Positions 18,689 to 29,841 are shown, counted from the stretch's first letter. The stretch: DNA of 64,000 nt from Candidatus Aphodoplasma sp. (GCA_045592745.1 JAZNVH010000011.1:21864-85863); one strand, 5' to 3'. A program made the numbers and translations. Notes: generated from the sequence alone by a model not told the origin.

Positions 18689-18700
18689 TAATTTACATTA

Positions 18701-19318
18701 TTACACATTTTCGATTTCTTTAACAATCTCTTTATATTCGTCATAGCTTAAAAGAGAGTTAAGAGCACCTATAAGCATATTTGCCGATATGCGCTCGGGC
18801 AGATTTAGATGTTTTAAAAGCGTGCGCCGCTTTTGCGCACTGTTGGCTGTACCCGAAAAACCGTCATTATATAAATCAAGCTTTGTAATTGCTCTGGTTT
18901 TTGGCGCTTGTGCGGAGTTATCAACTTGACCAACTACACTTGCGCCCGCAGCTATAAGCGCGTCGAGTATAATTTGTTTATCTATTCCCTCTACCCCAAG
19001 CTTGCCCTCTTTTGAAGGTGCGCTTTTGCGTTTTTCTTTGCCAAATATATCGGGAATATATGCGTGCTTTATATCCGACTCGCTTATACCCTGCTTTATA
19101 TAATTTCGTATTATAAAGCCTGCGCGGTCGGAATCTGTCAAAACGATAATTCCCCGTTTCTCAGCCAAAGTGCGTATAAAGTCAATTTTTTGTTTGTCTG
19201 AAAAAATTTTAAAGCCGTCTGTCGTAACAATAAGTGTGTCAACGATAGAATCAAGCTTTATTTTATCGTAAGTCCCTTCTACAATAAGGGCTTGTTTTAT
19301 TTTAAGCAAGCATATCAC
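18701..19318 (-). CDS. Toprim-domain protein, RNase M5-like (DUF4093-type)
   Basis: LIVEGTYDKIKL ... IIVLTDSDRAGFIIRNYI shows the Toprim E...DxD pattern and a length like RNase M5. The GTG at 19318 or the TTG at 19309 could be the start. Confidence 0.6.
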   Translation of the reverse strand: MICLLKIKQALIVEGTYDKIKLDSIVDTLIVTTDGFKIFSDKQKIDFIRTLAEKRGIIVLTDSDRAGFIIRNYIKQGISESDIKHAYIPDIFGKEKRKSAPSKEGKLGVEGIDKQIILDALIAAGASVVGQVDNSAQAPKTRAITKLDLYNDGFSGTANSAQKRRTLLKHLNLPERISANMLIGALNSLLSYDEYKEIVKEIENV

Positions 19319-19422
19319 GTCCCATTATATTTTCAATTTACATTTTACATCATTTATACAGCTTGTGCAAGTGTTGCTGAGTGATTTTAAAATCTTTGAA
19401 AGGCGGTGCGGGTTTTAAGCTA

Positions 19423-19450
19423 TTGACAAAAGCTATAAATAGTATATAAT
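19423..19450 (+). promoter_or_regulatory. Sigma-A type promoter upstream of mreB
   Basis: TTGACA (19423-19428), 16-nt spacer, TATAAT (19445-19450). Confidence 0.55.
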
Positions 19451-19522
19451 AAAAGGTAACATATAAGTTTTTTCATATAAAAATTTTAGATAAAACCTGT
19501 GAACAGGAAGGGGTTTATAAAT

Positions 19523-20572
19523 ATGAAACTGTTGGACAAATTTTTTGATATGTTTAATGCGCAGCAGGATGTGGGTATCGACCTTGGTACTGCGTCGGTA
19601 CTTGTGCACGTAAAGGACAAGGGCATTGTTTTGTGCGAGCCATCAGTTGTAGCCATTGATAAAGGAACCGGTAAACCGTATGCAGTCGGAGCGGAAGCGC
19701 AGAAAATGCTTGGCCGTACGCCGGGGAACATTGTTGCAATACGTCCTATGCGTGAGGGTGTTATTTCGGATTATTCAACAACTGAAATGATGCTTAAATA
19801 TTTTATACGCAGAGTTACAAAAAACCGCCTTTTCAAGCCAAGGATTATGATTTGCGTTCCGAGTGGCGTAACCGAGGTTGAAGAACGTGCGGTAATAGAC
19901 GCTGCAATGCAGGCGGGCGGCAGACAGGTATATCTTATAGAAGAGCCTATTGCAGCGGCAATTGGTGCAGGGCTTGACATTGCCAAAGCGTGTGGTCGCA
20001 TGGTGGTAGATATTGGCGGCGGCACAAGTGATATTGCAGTAATTTCTCTTGGTGGTATCGTTGTTAGCAATTCAATCAAGGTTGCAGGCGATAAGTTTGA
20101 CGATGCAATTATAAAGTACATAAGAAAGAAGTTTAATGCAATAATTGGTGACAGAACAGCCGAGGAAATGAAAAAGGAAATCGGAAGTGTGTATCCGATG
20201 GAAGAGGAAAAAAGTATGCAGATACGCGGACGTAGCCTTGTAACGGGACTTCCGCAGAGCATAGAGGTTTCTTCTGAGGAAATAAGAGAGGCTCTTGAGG
20301 AAGTCTCATCACAGATTGTTGATGCTGTTCATTCTGTTTTGGAGCGTACACCCCCTGAACTTGTAGGTGATATTTCTGAAAACGGAATTATTATGACGGG
20401 TGGCGGAGCAATGATTTACGGACTTGACAAGCTTTTGTCAGAAAAAACTGGCATTGATGTATTTTTAGCAGATGATCCGCTTTCGTGTGTTGCAAAGGGT
20501 ACGGGCGCATCGCTTGACAATATAGGCATATTGCGTGATAAGTCATCGTATATGTATGATATGGAGTCGTAA
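19523..20572 (+). CDS. mreB: Rod shape-determining actin homolog MreB/Mbl
   Basis: ORF track 19499-20572; the ATG at 19523 follows GGAAGGGG. Motifs GIDLGTASVLVHV, EPSVVAI, MVVDIGGGTSD and IIMTGGGA are MreB hallmarks. Confidence 0.9.
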   Translation: MKLLDKFFDMFNAQQDVGIDLGTASVLVHVKDKGIVLCEPSVVAIDKGTGKPYAVGAEAQKMLGRTPGNIVAIRPMREGVISDYSTTEMMLKYFIRRVTKNRLFKPRIMICVPSGVTEVEERAVIDAAMQAGGRQVYLIEEPIAAAIGAGLDIAKACGRMVVDIGGGTSDIAVISLGGIVVSNSIKVAGDKFDDAIIKYIRKKFNAIIGDRTAEEMKKEIGSVYPMEEEKSMQIRGRSLVTGLPQSIEVSSEEIREALEEVSSQIVDAVHSVLERTPPELVGDISENGIIMTGGGAMIYGLDKLLSEKTGIDVFLADDPLSCVAKGTGASLDNIGILRDKSSYMYDMES

Positions 20573-20590
20573 CAGGTTAAGGAGAAATTT

Positions 20591-21019
20591 ATGCTTGATA
20601 ATAAACAAATACAGGAAATTATACCTCACAGATATCCGTTTTTGCTTGTGGACAAGGTGACAGAGCTTACAGAAGATAAGGTTGTGGGAATCAAAAATGT
20701 AACAGTGAATGAACCGTTTTTTCAGGGGCACTTTCCTTCAAATCCTATAATGCCTGGCGTGCTTATAGTTGAGGCGCTTGCGCAGGTGGGAGCGGTTTTG
20801 GCACTGTCCATGGAAGAAAACAAAGGAAAGCTTGCTGTTTTTACAGGGATGAATAATTTTAAATTCCGCAGACAAGTAAAACCCGGAGATACTCTTGTGC
20901 TCGAGGCACAGCTTGGCTCGTTTCGTCATGGAATGGGCAAAGCGACGGTTAAGGCAACAGTAGATGGTGAAATGGCGGCAAGCGGAGAAATCGGTTTTGC
21001 CATTGTGGAGAACAAATAA
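20591..21019 (+). CDS. fabZ: 3-hydroxyacyl-[acyl-carrier-protein] dehydratase
   Basis: [35 protein letters not shown] (catalytic His, hot-dog fold), 142 aa. Confidence 0.9.
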   Translation: MLDNKQIQEIIPHRYPFLLVDKVTELTEDKVVGIKNVTVNEPFFQGHFPSNPIMPGVLIVEALAQVGAVLALSMEENKGKLAVFTGMNNFKFRRQVKPGDTLVLEAQLGSFRHGMGKATVKATVDGEMAASGEIGFAIVENK

Positions 21020-21040
21020 ATTATAATCAGAGTAAAAAAA

Positions 21041-21071
21041 GCGCATCACAGTGTGATGCGCTTAAATTTTT
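21041..21071 (+). terminator. Rho-independent terminator after fabZ
   Basis: GCGCATCAC / GTGATGCGC 9-bp stem (21041-21061) with loop AGT, followed by TTAAATTTTTT. Confidence 0.7.
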
Positions 21072-21131
21072 TGTCAGGACGTAGAAAAACATGTAATTTT
21101 TGAAAAAACAAGAAAAATTTTCAAAAACATC

Positions 21132-21160
21132 TTGACAGCTTTTGATATGTATGATAACAT
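21132..21160 (+). promoter_or_regulatory. Candidate extended -10 promoter for rpoBC
   Basis: TTGACA (21132-21137), 17-nt spacer ending in TGa, then TAACAT (21155-21160). This implies a leader of about 320 nt. Confidence 0.4.
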
Positions 21161-21488
21161 TGTATATTGCATTATAAGCTAAAATGAGCGTAAAGTGCCC
21201 GCTGACAAGGTGTTAGCTTATTTGCATTGTAACATAGCGGAATAAAAAAAGCAATAGGTGTTTATAATATTTTAAATACTTAGGCGATTTTATTCACTTT
21301 TTATTTCTATGTAATTGTGAAAGTTTTTATACATCCTGCGCGGTGGAGGATTTTTCCGAAAGCAGACGGAAGCCTTCAAGCGTGCTTCGCCACCTTTATA
21401 AAGATGAGCTCAGGACTCTTTCACACCTGACAGACTATCCTATAAGGAAGCGCAGCGTTAAATCTGCACAATTTTTTAACGAGGTGAT

Positions 21489-24400
21489 ATGCTGATGCCA
21501 CATGAGATAACACTTGGCAAAAACAAACGCATGAGTTACTCCAAAATCAAAGAGCCTCTCGATATGCCAAACCTTATCGAAATCCAGAAAAAATCGTATG
21601 ACTGGTTTTTGGAAGCAGGTCTTAAAGAGGTTTTCGAGGATGTTTCCCCGATTTGTGATTACACGGGCAATCTTGTTTTGGAATTTATCGACTACAAACT
21701 CGACGAAACTCCAAAGTATCCCGTTGAGGAGTGCAAGGAGCGTGACGCGAACTATTCTGCGCCCCTTCGTGTAAAGGTAAGACTTATTAATAAGGAAACA
21801 GGCGAAGTAAAAGAACAGGACATTTTTATGGGCGAATTTCCGCTTATGACAGAGCAGGGCACATTTATTATAAATGGTGCTGAGCGTGTTGTTGTAAGCC
21901 AGCTTGTACGTTCGCCGGGAATGTATTATGGAATGGAGCACGACAAGTCGGGTAAGGAGCTTTATAACGCTACCGTTATCCCCTACCGTGGTGCATGGCT
22001 TGAGTATGACATTGACGTAAACGATGTTTTCTCTGTTCGTATAGACAGAACAAGAAAGCTTCCCGTAACAATGCTTTTGCGTGCTATGGGCGTTGAGACC
22101 AATGCTCAGATTTATGAAATGTTCGGTGATGATGAAAGAATCAGAGCCACACTTGAAAAGGACAATACAAACAGTGAAGAAGCACTTATAGAAATTTATA
22201 AAAAACTTCGTCCGGGCGAGCCGGCAAACGCTGAAAGCGCAAAATCGCTTGTTACAGATATGTTCTTTGACCCCAAACGTTATGATCTTGCAAAGGTTGG
22301 CCGTTTTAAGTACAATCAGAAAATGGCAATTGGCAAGCGCATAAAAGGACAAAAGCTTGCTATGGATGTTGTCGATCCTTCGACAGGTGAGATTTTAGCA
22401 TCGGCAGGCGATGTAGTAAGCGAGCAGACTGCTTTTGAAATCGAAAATGCAGGCGTTAACGCAGTTACTGTTTTGGTTGATGAAAAAGAAGTAAAGATTT
22501 TCTCAAACGGAATGGTAAAGCTTGCAAACTATGTAGATATTGATGAAGAAGAGCTAAAAGAGCTTGGATTCCACACCACTGTAAGACGCAGTATTCTTGA
22601 TGAAATCTTAGAATCACTCGAAGTTGAGGGCAAGAGTGATGATAAAGAAGAAATGAAGCGTGTTCTTGTAAGCCGCAGAGATGAGCTTATGCCAAAGCAT
22701 ATTGTTGTTGAAGATATGTTTGCTTCAATAAACTATTTTAACAACCTTTGTTGTGGAATTGGTTCGCTTGACGATATCGACCACCTTGGCAACCGTCGTT
22801 TGCGCTGTGTTGGTGAGCTTTTGCAAAACCAGTTCAGAATCGGTCTTTCACGTATGGAAAGAGTAGTTCGTGAGAGAATGAACATACAAGACCTCGATGT
22901 TGTAACACCGCAGACACTTATAAATATACGTCCTGTTGCGTCTACAATTAAAGAGTTCTTTGGTTCATCACAGCTTTCGCAGTTTATGGACCAGACAAAC
23001 CCGCTTGCAGAGCTTACACATAAAAGAAGACTTTCAGCACTCGGTCCGGGCGGTCTTTCAAGAGAGAGAGCAGGCTTTGAGGTGCGTGACGTTCACTATA
23101 CACACTATGGCCGTATGTGCCCGATTGAGTCGCCTGAAGGACCTAACATCGGTCTTATCAGCTCGCTTTCGTCGTTTGCGCGCATAAATGAGTACGGCTT
23201 TATTGAGTCACCTTACAGAAAGGTTGACAAAAAGACAGGCACAGTGCTTGACGAGGTTGTTTATATGACAGCTGATGTCGAGGACGGTTTTACAATTGCA
23301 CAGGCAAATGAGCCGCTTGATGAAAACAACAGATTTATTGATAAAAAGATTACAGCACGTCGCCTTCGTGACTTCGTCGAAGTTCCGCCAAGCGACATTG
23401 ATTACATGGACGTATCACCGCGCCAGCTTGTTTCGGTTGCTACATCTATGATACCATTCCTTGAAAACGACGACGCTAACCGTGCGCTCATGGGTTCGAA
23501 CATGCAGCGTCAGGCGGTTCCGCTTATAAGAACAGAGTCGCCTATCGTAGGTACAGGTATGGAGTACAAGGCAGCAAAGGATTCGGGCGTTGTTGTACTT
23601 GCAAAGCGTGATGGTGTTGTTACAAAGGTAAGCGCAAAGGAAATCGTTATAAAGGCTGATGAAGATGGCACACTTGACACTTACAGACTTTTAAAATTCC
23701 TTCGTTCAAACCAGGGAACATGTATAAATCAGCGTCCGATTGTATCAGAGGGCGAAGTTGTTAAAAAAGATGATATTATTGCGGACGGCCCTTCCACAAG
23801 CAATGGTGAAATTGCACTTGGTAAGAACGTGCTCATCGGCTTTATGACTTGGGAAGGTTATAACTACGAGGATGCTGTTCTCTTAAATGAAAGACTTGTA
23901 CGCGATGACGTATATACCTCAATCCATATTGAAGAGTATGAAGCAGATTCGCGTGATACAAAGCTTGGACCGGAGGAAATTACACGCGACATTCCAAATG
24001 TCGGCGAGGATGCTCTTCGTGACCTTGACGAGCGCGGAATTATCCGCATTGGTGCAGAGGTACATTCGGGCGATATACTTGTTGGTAAGGTTACACCTAA
24101 GGGTGAAACAGAGCTTACCGCAGAGGAAAGACTTCTTCGTGCAATTTTCGGCGAAAAAGCACGTGAGGTTCGTGATACATCGCTTCGTGTACCGCACGGT
24201 GAAGCAGGTGTAATTGTTGACGTAAAGGTGTTTACACGTGAAAACGGTGACGAGCTTGCACCGGGAGTTAACCAGCTTGTACGCTGCTATATAGCACAGA
24301 GAAGAAAAATCTCTGTCGGCGACAAAATGGCAGGTCGTCATGGTAACAAGGGTGTTATTTCAAGAATTCTTCCGGAAGAGGATATGCCGTTCCTTCCCGA

Positions 24401-25331
24401 TGGTACACCGCTTGATATCGTGCTTAATCCGTTGGGCGTGCCGTCGCGTATGAACATTGGTCAGGTGCTTGAAGTGCATCTTGGCTATGCGGCAAAGAAG
24501 CTTGGTTATAAAATTGCAACGCCGGTATTTGACGGCGCAAACGAGGAAGATATTGCAAAGGCGCTTGTTGCGGCAGGTTATGACGAGGACGGTAAGACTG
24601 TGCTCTATGACGGACGCACAGGTGAGCCGTTTGATAACCGTGTAACTGTTGGTTATATGTATTATTTGAAGCTTCATCACCTTGTTGATGACAAAATTCA
24701 TGCCCGTTCAACCGGTCCATACTCGCTTGTTACACAGCAGCCGCTCGGTGGTAAAGCGCAGTTTGGTGGACAGCGTTTCGGTGAAATGGAAGTTTGGGCG
24801 CTTGAAGCTTACGGCGCAGCATATACATTGCAGGAAATTTTGACAGTAAAATCGGACGACGTTGTCGGACGTGTTAAGACATACGAGTCAATCGTAAAGG
24901 GTGAAAACGTACCTGAACCGGGTGTGCCGGAGTCGTTTAAGGTGCTTATTAAAGAGCTTCAGAGCCTTGCGCTTGATGTCAAAGTACTTGACAAGGATGG
25001 CGAAGAGGTAGAGCTTGGTGAGTATTCCGACGAAAATGATATTGTAAATCCGCTCTCTGTCAATATTGAGGGCAGCGAAGACAGCATTAATCCGAATGAG
25101 GCATCGCAGGGAGTATATTCAAGCGAAAGCTTTGATCTTGATGAAGAGTCGGCATTTGAGTTTGAAGAAGCAGATGACGACGACCAGTCATACGGTCTTG
25201 ACGATTTTGATGATGATCTTGATGCGTTTGATGATTTGGATGATTATGACGAAATTGAAGCGCCGGAGGAACCCGATGATTTTGATGATGTTATCGAGGA
25301 CCTTGACGCGTTGCCGGATGATGACGAATAA
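21489..25331 (+). CDS. rpoB: DNA-directed RNA polymerase subunit beta, with an extended acidic C-terminal tail
   Basis: 1280 aa with unmistakable RpoB blocks ([40 protein letters not shown]). The ATG at 21495 has better spacing to GAGGTG (21481-21486) than the ATG at 21489. Confidence 0.97.
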   Translation: MLMPHEITLGKNKRMSYSKIKEPLDMPNLIEIQKKSYDWFLEAGLKEVFEDVSPICDYTGNLVLEFIDYKLDETPKYPVEECKERDANYSAPLRVKVRLINKETGEVKEQDIFMGEFPLMTEQGTFIINGAERVVVSQLVRSPGMYYGMEHDKSGKELYNATVIPYRGAWLEYDIDVNDVFSVRIDRTRKLPVTMLLRAMGVETNAQIYEMFGDDERIRATLEKDNTNSEEALIEIYKKLRPGEPANAESAKSLVTDMFFDPKRYDLAKVGRFKYNQKMAIGKRIKGQKLAMDVVDPSTGEILASAGDVVSEQTAFEIENAGVNAVTVLVDEKEVKIFSNGMVKLANYVDIDEEELKELGFHTTVRRSILDEILESLEVEGKSDDKEEMKRVLVSRRDELMPKHIVVEDMFASINYFNNLCCGIGSLDDIDHLGNRRLRCVGELLQNQFRIGLSRMERVVRERMNIQDLDVVTPQTLINIRPVASTIKEFFGSSQLSQFMDQTNPLAELTHKRRLSALGPGGLSRERAGFEVRDVHYTHYGRMCPIESPEGPNIGLISSLSSFARINEYGFIESPYRKVDKKTGTVLDEVVYMTADVEDGFTIAQANEPLDENNRFIDKKITARRLRDFVEVPPSDIDYMDVSPRQLVSVATSMIPFLENDDANRALMGSNMQRQAVPLIRTESPIVGTGMEYKAAKDSGVVVLAKRDGVVTKVSAKEIVIKADEDGTLDTYRLLKFLRSNQGTCINQRPIVSEGEVVKKDDIIADGPSTSNGEIALGKNVLIGFMTWEGYNYEDAVLLNERLVRDDVYTSIHIEEYEADSRDTKLGPEEITRDIPNVGEDALRDLDERGIIRIGAEVHSGDILVGKVTPKGETELTAEERLLRAIFGEKAREVRDTSLRVPHGEAGVIVDVKVFTRENGDELAPGVNQLVRCYIAQRRKISVGDKMAGRHGNKGVISRILPEEDMPFLPDGTPLDIVLNPLGVPSRMNIGQVLEVHLGYAAKKLGYKIATPVFDGANEEDIAKALVAAGYDEDGKTVLYDGRTGEPFDNRVTVGYMYYLKLHHLVDDKIHARSTGPYSLVTQQPLGGKAQFGGQRFGEMEVWALEAYGAAYTLQEILTVKSDDVVGRVKTYESIVKGENVPEPGVPESFKVLIKELQSLALDVKVLDKDGEEVELGEYSDENDIVNPLSVNIEGSEDSINPNEASQGVYSSESFDLDEESAFEFEEADDDDQSYGLDDFDDDLDAFDDLDDYDEIEAPEEPDDFDDVIEDLDALPDDDE

Positions 25332-25423
25332 ATCGCAGCGTTACAGATAAATTTTATATAATGCATGCGAAGCAGTTGTTATGAAACTAACAGCTTGCAC
25401 TATCTTATGAGGAGGTTTTTACG

Positions 25424-28400
25424 TTGGAATTTACAACTTTTGACGCCATAAAAATAGGCCTGGCCTCTCCCGAGAAAATCCGAGAATGGTCACATGGTGA
25501 GGTCAAAAAGCCTGAAACCATAAATTATAGAACACTAAAGCCCGAACGTGACGGACTCTTTTGCGAAAGAATCTTCGGGCCCCAGCGTGACTGGGAATGT
25601 CACTGCGGAAAGTACAAAAAGATTCGATACAAGGGTATAGTATGTGACCGTTGCGGCGTTGAGGTTACACGCTCGAAGGTGCGCCGTGAAAGAATGGGTC
25701 ACATAGAGCTTGCCACACCGGTTTCTCATATCTGGTACTTTAAAGGTATACCGTCAAGAATGGGACTTCTTCTTGATATGTCGCCGAAGGTACTTGAACA
25801 GGTGTTGTACTTTGCTGCACACGTTGTTATTGATGCAGGTAATACAGGGCTTCCGGAAAAGTCGGTTTTGTCTGAGAAAGATTATCGCGAATGTGTTGAA
25901 AAATACGGCGATAACTTTAAGGCGGGAATGGGCGCAGAGTCTATTAAAGAGCTTTTGCAGAAGATTGACCTTGAAGAACTTTCAAAAGAACTTAAAGAAC
26001 AGCTTGAAAGCGCACAGGGACAAAAGAAAATCCGCATTGTTAAACGTCTTGAAGCTGTTGAGGCTTTCAGACTTTCGAAAAACAAGCCTGAGTGGATGAT
26101 TATGGATGTTATCCCGGTAATTCCGCCAGAACTAAGACCTATGGTACAGCTCGACGGCGGACGTTTTGCGACGAGCGATTTAAATGATTTGTATCGTCGT
26201 GTTATAAACAGAAACAATCGTCTTAAAAGACTTCTTGATTTGCACGCTCCTGATATCATTGTAAGAAATGAAAAGAGAATGCTTCAGGAGGCTGTTGACG
26301 CACTTATTGATAACGGCAGACGCGGCCGTCCCGTTACAGGACCCGGAAACCGTGCGCTCAAGTCACTTTCCGATATGCTTAAAGGTAAGCAGGGACGCTT
26401 CAGACAGAATCTTCTTGGTAAGCGTGTTGACTATTCAGGACGTAGCGTTATCGTTGTGGGTCCGGAACTTAAGCTTTATCAGTGCGGTCTTCCGAAGGAA
26501 ATGGCAATTGAGTTATTCAAGCCATTTGTTATGAAAAAACTTGTCGCTGATGGTCTTGCACACAACATAAAGAGCGCTAAACGTATGGTTGAAAGACTTC
26601 GTCCTGAGGTTTGGGACGTGCTTGAGGATGTTATCAAGGAGCATCCGGTACTGCTAAACCGTGCTCCTACACTTCACAGACTTGGTATTCAGGCGTTTGA
26701 GCCGGTGCTTGTTGAAGGCAGAGCGCTAAAGCTTCATCCGCTCGTATGTACAGCATACAACGCCGACTTCGACGGCGACCAGATGGCTGTTCACGTTCCG
26801 CTCTCTCCCGAGGCACAGGCAGAGGCAAGATTCCTTATGCTTTCAGCAAACAACCTTCTAAAGCCACAGGACGGAAAGCCTGTTACTGTTCCGACACAGG
26901 ATATGGTACTTGGAAGCTACTACTTGACACTTGTCAAGGATGGCGACAAGGGTGAAGGCAAGGTGTTTTCCGATGTTGATGAAGCTATGATGGCGTACAG
27001 AAATGGAATAATTACGCTTCATGCACGCATCAAGGTTCGTATGAAGAAGGAAATTGACGGCGTAATGCAGCAGCGCACAATAAATGCTACAATGGGTCAG
27101 ATTATCTTTAACGAGCACATTCCTCAGGATTTGGGCTTTGTTGACAGAAGTGATCCAGCAAAGGCATTTGACCTTGAGTTTACGAAGCTTGCTACTAAAA
27201 AGCAGCTTGGAATTATTATAGACAGATGTATCCGTGTTCACGGCTTTACTGAAACAGCTGATGTTCTTGACAATATTAAAGCGCTTGGCTTTAAGTATTC
27301 AACACAGGGCGCTGTTACAGTTAGCGTGTCTGATATCAAAGTGCCTGAGGTTAAAGGACAGCTTCTTGCAGAAGCAGAAGAAAAGGTTGATAAAATTACA
27401 AAACAGTTTAGACGTGGTATGCTTGATGATAACGAGCGTTACGATGCAGTTATCAAGGTTTGGACAGAAACAAACGACAAGCTCACAAAAGAACTTATGG
27501 ATAACATGGATGCACTTAACCCGATTTACATGATGGCAAACTCCGGTGCACGTGGTAGCGTAAATCAGATTCGTCAGCTTGCAGGTATGCGCGGTCTTAT
27601 GGCTAACACATCCGGTAAAGCGGTCGAGATTCCGATTCGTGCTAATTTCCGTGAAGGTCTTAACGTACTTGAGTACTTTATTTCAACTCACGGTGCAAGA
27701 AAAGGTCTTGCAGATACGGCTCTTCGTACAGCTGACTCGGGTTACCTTACAAGACGTCTTGTTGATGTCAGCCAGGATGTAATTATCCGCGAGGATGACT
27801 GTGGTACAACAGAGGGCTTGGTTGTAAGCGCAATAAAGGACGGCAACGAGGTTATCGAGCCGCTTAAAGACAGACTTTTGGGTCGTTATGCTTGCGGCGA
27901 TGTTGTTGATCCGTCAACAGGCGAGGTCTTGGTTGCGGATGGCGTTATGATGGGCGACGAAGAAATCGCAAAAATCGAAAACGCAGGCGTTGAGGAAGTT
28001 AAGATAAGAAGCATACTCACATGTAAGTGTGCTGTAGGTGTGTGCTCGCACTGCTATGGTTCAAACCTTGCAAGCGGTGAGCCTGTACCGGTGGGCGAGG
28101 CTGTTGGTATTATCGCAGCTCAGTCAATCGGTGAGCCTGGTACACAGCTTACAATGCGTACGTTCCACTCGGGCGGTGTTGCCGGCGACGATATCACACA
28201 GGGTCTTCCCCGTGTCGAAGAATTGTTCGAGGCAAGAAAGCCAAAGGGCGTTGCAATCATATCAGAAATCGGTGGCAGCGTTGCAGTTTCAGAAACAAAG
28301 AAGCGTCGTGAAATTGTGGTTACTGATGATGAAACAAAGGAAAGCATCACATATGTAATTCCTTATGATGCTCGCATACGTGTTAAAGATGGCGATATTA

Positions 28401-28981
28401 TCAAAAAGGGTGCGCCGCTTACAAGTGGTTCGCTCAATCCTCAGGATATACTCAGAATTCTTGGTGAGAGAGCTGTTCAAAGCTATCTTACACAAGAGGT
28501 TCAGAGAGTTTATCGTATGCAGGGTGTTGATATTTCCGATAAGCATATCGAAGTTATTGTTCGCCAGATGATGCGTAAAGTTAAGATTGATGAATCCGGT
28601 GATACAAATCTTTTGATGGGAAGCCTTGTAGATGTATTTGAGTTTGAGAAGGCAAACGAGGAGGCGGTAAACAACGGTGGCAAACCTGCCAGCGCAACAA
28701 TCAACCTTCTTGGTATTACAAAGGCGGCTCTTGCTACAGATTCGTTCTTGTCAGCGGCTTCGTTCCAGGAAACAACGAGAGTTCTTACAGAAGCAGCTAT
28801 TAAGGGCAAGGTTGACCCGCTTCTCGGTCTTAAGGAAAACGTTATTATTGGTAAGCTTGTTCCTGCAGGTACGGGTATGAGCTTGTATCGTGACGTTGAC
28901 TTAAATATCGAGGGTGCAGAGAAAACTGCGCTTGAAGATGCACTTGATGCTGCAATGGCACAGAGTGATTTGATAGGCTAA
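25424..28981 (+). CDS. rpoC: DNA-directed RNA polymerase subunit beta'
   Basis: 1185 aa. TTG start after GAGGAGG. It has the catalytic [12 protein letters not shown] motif and the N-terminal zinc-binding region [20 protein letters not shown]. Confidence 0.97.
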   Translation: MEFTTFDAIKIGLASPEKIREWSHGEVKKPETINYRTLKPERDGLFCERIFGPQRDWECHCGKYKKIRYKGIVCDRCGVEVTRSKVRRERMGHIELATPVSHIWYFKGIPSRMGLLLDMSPKVLEQVLYFAAHVVIDAGNTGLPEKSVLSEKDYRECVEKYGDNFKAGMGAESIKELLQKIDLEELSKELKEQLESAQGQKKIRIVKRLEAVEAFRLSKNKPEWMIMDVIPVIPPELRPMVQLDGGRFATSDLNDLYRRVINRNNRLKRLLDLHAPDIIVRNEKRMLQEAVDALIDNGRRGRPVTGPGNRALKSLSDMLKGKQGRFRQNLLGKRVDYSGRSVIVVGPELKLYQCGLPKEMAIELFKPFVMKKLVADGLAHNIKSAKRMVERLRPEVWDVLEDVIKEHPVLLNRAPTLHRLGIQAFEPVLVEGRALKLHPLVCTAYNADFDGDQMAVHVPLSPEAQAEARFLMLSANNLLKPQDGKPVTVPTQDMVLGSYYLTLVKDGDKGEGKVFSDVDEAMMAYRNGIITLHARIKVRMKKEIDGVMQQRTINATMGQIIFNEHIPQDLGFVDRSDPAKAFDLEFTKLATKKQLGIIIDRCIRVHGFTETADVLDNIKALGFKYSTQGAVTVSVSDIKVPEVKGQLLAEAEEKVDKITKQFRRGMLDDNERYDAVIKVWTETNDKLTKELMDNMDALNPIYMMANSGARGSVNQIRQLAGMRGLMANTSGKAVEIPIRANFREGLNVLEYFISTHGARKGLADTALRTADSGYLTRRLVDVSQDVIIREDDCGTTEGLVVSAIKDGNEVIEPLKDRLLGRYACGDVVDPSTGEVLVADGVMMGDEEIAKIENAGVEEVKIRSILTCKCAVGVCSHCYGSNLASGEPVPVGEAVGIIAAQSIGEPGTQLTMRTFHSGGVAGDDITQGLPRVEELFEARKPKGVAIISEIGGSVAVSETKKRREIVVTDDETKESITYVIPYDARIRVKDGDIIKKGAPLTSGSLNPQDILRILGERAVQSYLTQEVQRVYRMQGVDISDKHIEVIVRQMMRKVKIDESGDTNLLMGSLVDVFEFEKANEEAVNNGGKPASATINLLGITKAALATDSFLSAASFQETTRVLTEAAIKGKVDPLLGLKENVIIGKLVPAGTGMSLYRDVDLNIEGAEKTALEDALDAAMAQSDLIG

Positions 28982-28995
28982 ATTAAATAAAAATA

Positions 28996-29036
28996 AAAAG
29001 TGCGGGCAGCTTGCTCGCACTTTTTGCGTTTTTTTT
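28996..29036. terminator. Terminator after rpoC, shared with the convergent XRE gene
   Basis: AAAAGTGCGGG / CTCGCACTTTT stem (one G-U pair) with loop CAGCTTG, followed by TTTTTGCGTTTTTTTT. Confidence 0.75.
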
Positions 29037-29037
29037 G

Positions 29038-29262
29038 TTATATTTTTTTACGTTTGGGCGGTGTTGGGTCATCTGTTAAATTTAAAATATAATCTGTGCT
29101 GACATTGTATAAAAGTGCGAGTTTAATTAATATATCTACGGGAAGAGATACCTCGCCGCGTTCGTAATTGCTATAAATTCTTTGGCTACAATTAAGACGT
29201 TTTGCTAAATCAGTTTGTGTAAAATCGTTATCTTCGCGCAAATCTTTTAAACGTGTAAACAT
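29038..29262 (-). CDS. XRE-family helix-turn-helix transcriptional regulator (74 aa)
   Basis: LKDLREDNDFTQTDLAKRLNCSQRIYSNYERGEVSLPVDILIKLALLYNVSTDYIL is a classic HTH_3 / Cro-CI fold. The ATG at 29262 sits 5 nt after GGGGTGA; the ORF-track start at 29271 is a GTG inside that RBS. Confidence 0.85.
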   Translation of the reverse strand: MFTRLKDLREDNDFTQTDLAKRLNCSQRIYSNYERGEVSLPVDILIKLALLYNVSTDYILNLTDDPTPPKRKKI

Positions 29263-29289
29263 TTTATTCACCCCGATTAAAGTATATAT

Positions 29290-29331
29290 TAGCGAAATAA
29301 TCGCTATTGATTTTTAGCGAAAAATTCGCTA
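29290..29331. promoter_or_regulatory. Two perfect 17-bp palindromic operators, TAGCGA-N5-TCGCTA
   Basis: TAGCGAAATAATCGCTA (29290-29306) and TAGCGAAAAATTCGCTA (29315-29331), centres 25 bp apart, lie in the divergent XRE/unknown-ORF intergenic region. The second lies within the -35/-10 spacer of the plus-strand promoter. Confidence 0.7.
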
Positions 29332-29335
29332 AAAT
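29307..29335 (+). promoter_or_regulatory. Promoter of the unknown ORF 29355-29645
   Basis: TTGATT (29307-29312), 17-nt spacer, TAAAAT (29330-29335). It is overlapped by the operator palindromes. Confidence 0.5.
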
Positions 29336-29354
29336 ATATTTTGAGGTGATTATT

Positions 29355-29645
29355 ATGAAAATAAAAAAAGAATTTGAAATTAATTTTTACCGTTTGAGTA
29401 GATTTATGGGAGAAGATTTGTATAAAGAGGTTACGAGTGCACAATTTTGGGAGCTTGACAAATTTGAGCCGGCCCTTTGCACATGGATTGAAAATGAAGT
29501 TATTGCAAAAGTGCCGGCAATGGATAAATATTTTAGAGGTATTGGACTCTATAGAAGGGATTTACAGGCACAGATGTTTCTCAGATTATATTATGCGACT
29601 GAATGCGAAAAAATAGAACAGACGCAACAAGGCTTTTATGGATAA
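29355..29645 (+). CDS. Hypothetical protein, 96 aa, no family recognised
   Basis: ORF track 29307-29645; the ATG at 29355 follows GAGGTGA (29343-29349). The sequence MKIKKEFEINFYRLSRFMGEDLYKEVTSAQFWELDKFEP... has no signal peptide or TM segment. Confidence 0.55.
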   Translation: MKIKKEFEINFYRLSRFMGEDLYKEVTSAQFWELDKFEPALCTWIENEVIAKVPAMDKYFRGIGLYRRDLQAQMFLRLYYATECEKIEQTQQGFYG

Positions 29646-29812
29646 GAAGGTTTTCTTTTAAACCGCTCATTTTCAGTATGAATTTTAATATAAGAAACAA
29701 GTGAATTTTATTTAACAGTATTAATTTGTAAAGTTTTTGTGTTTATTTGCGAAATTGCAGAGCAAGATAATAAAAAAACAATAAATAATTTGACGAATTA
29801 TCAAAAAAATCC

Positions 29813-29841
29813 TTGACATTGGCGCTATAAAAGTATAAAAT
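29813..29841 (+). promoter_or_regulatory. Sigma-A type promoter upstream of pyrG
   Basis: TTGACA (29813-29818), 17-nt spacer, TAAAAT (29836-29841). Confidence 0.5.

Noticed and set aside
21132-21160. An identical promoter architecture, cTTGAC-N(17, ending tATGA)-TAACAT, upstream of both rpoB and metY (60822-60850), considered as a shared regulator binding site.
   Set aside because: It is most simply two extended -10 (TGn) sigma-A promoters. The shared ATGATAACAT is only 10 nt and two occurrences are not evidence for a regulon.
21435-22352. A 305-aa ORF on the minus strand, the longest unexplained ORF in the track.
   Set aside because: It lies entirely antisense to the highly conserved 5' part of rpoB. 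It has a Cys/Phe/Leu/Lys-rich shadow-frame composition, no RBS and no recognisable motifs, so I treat it as a shadow ORF.
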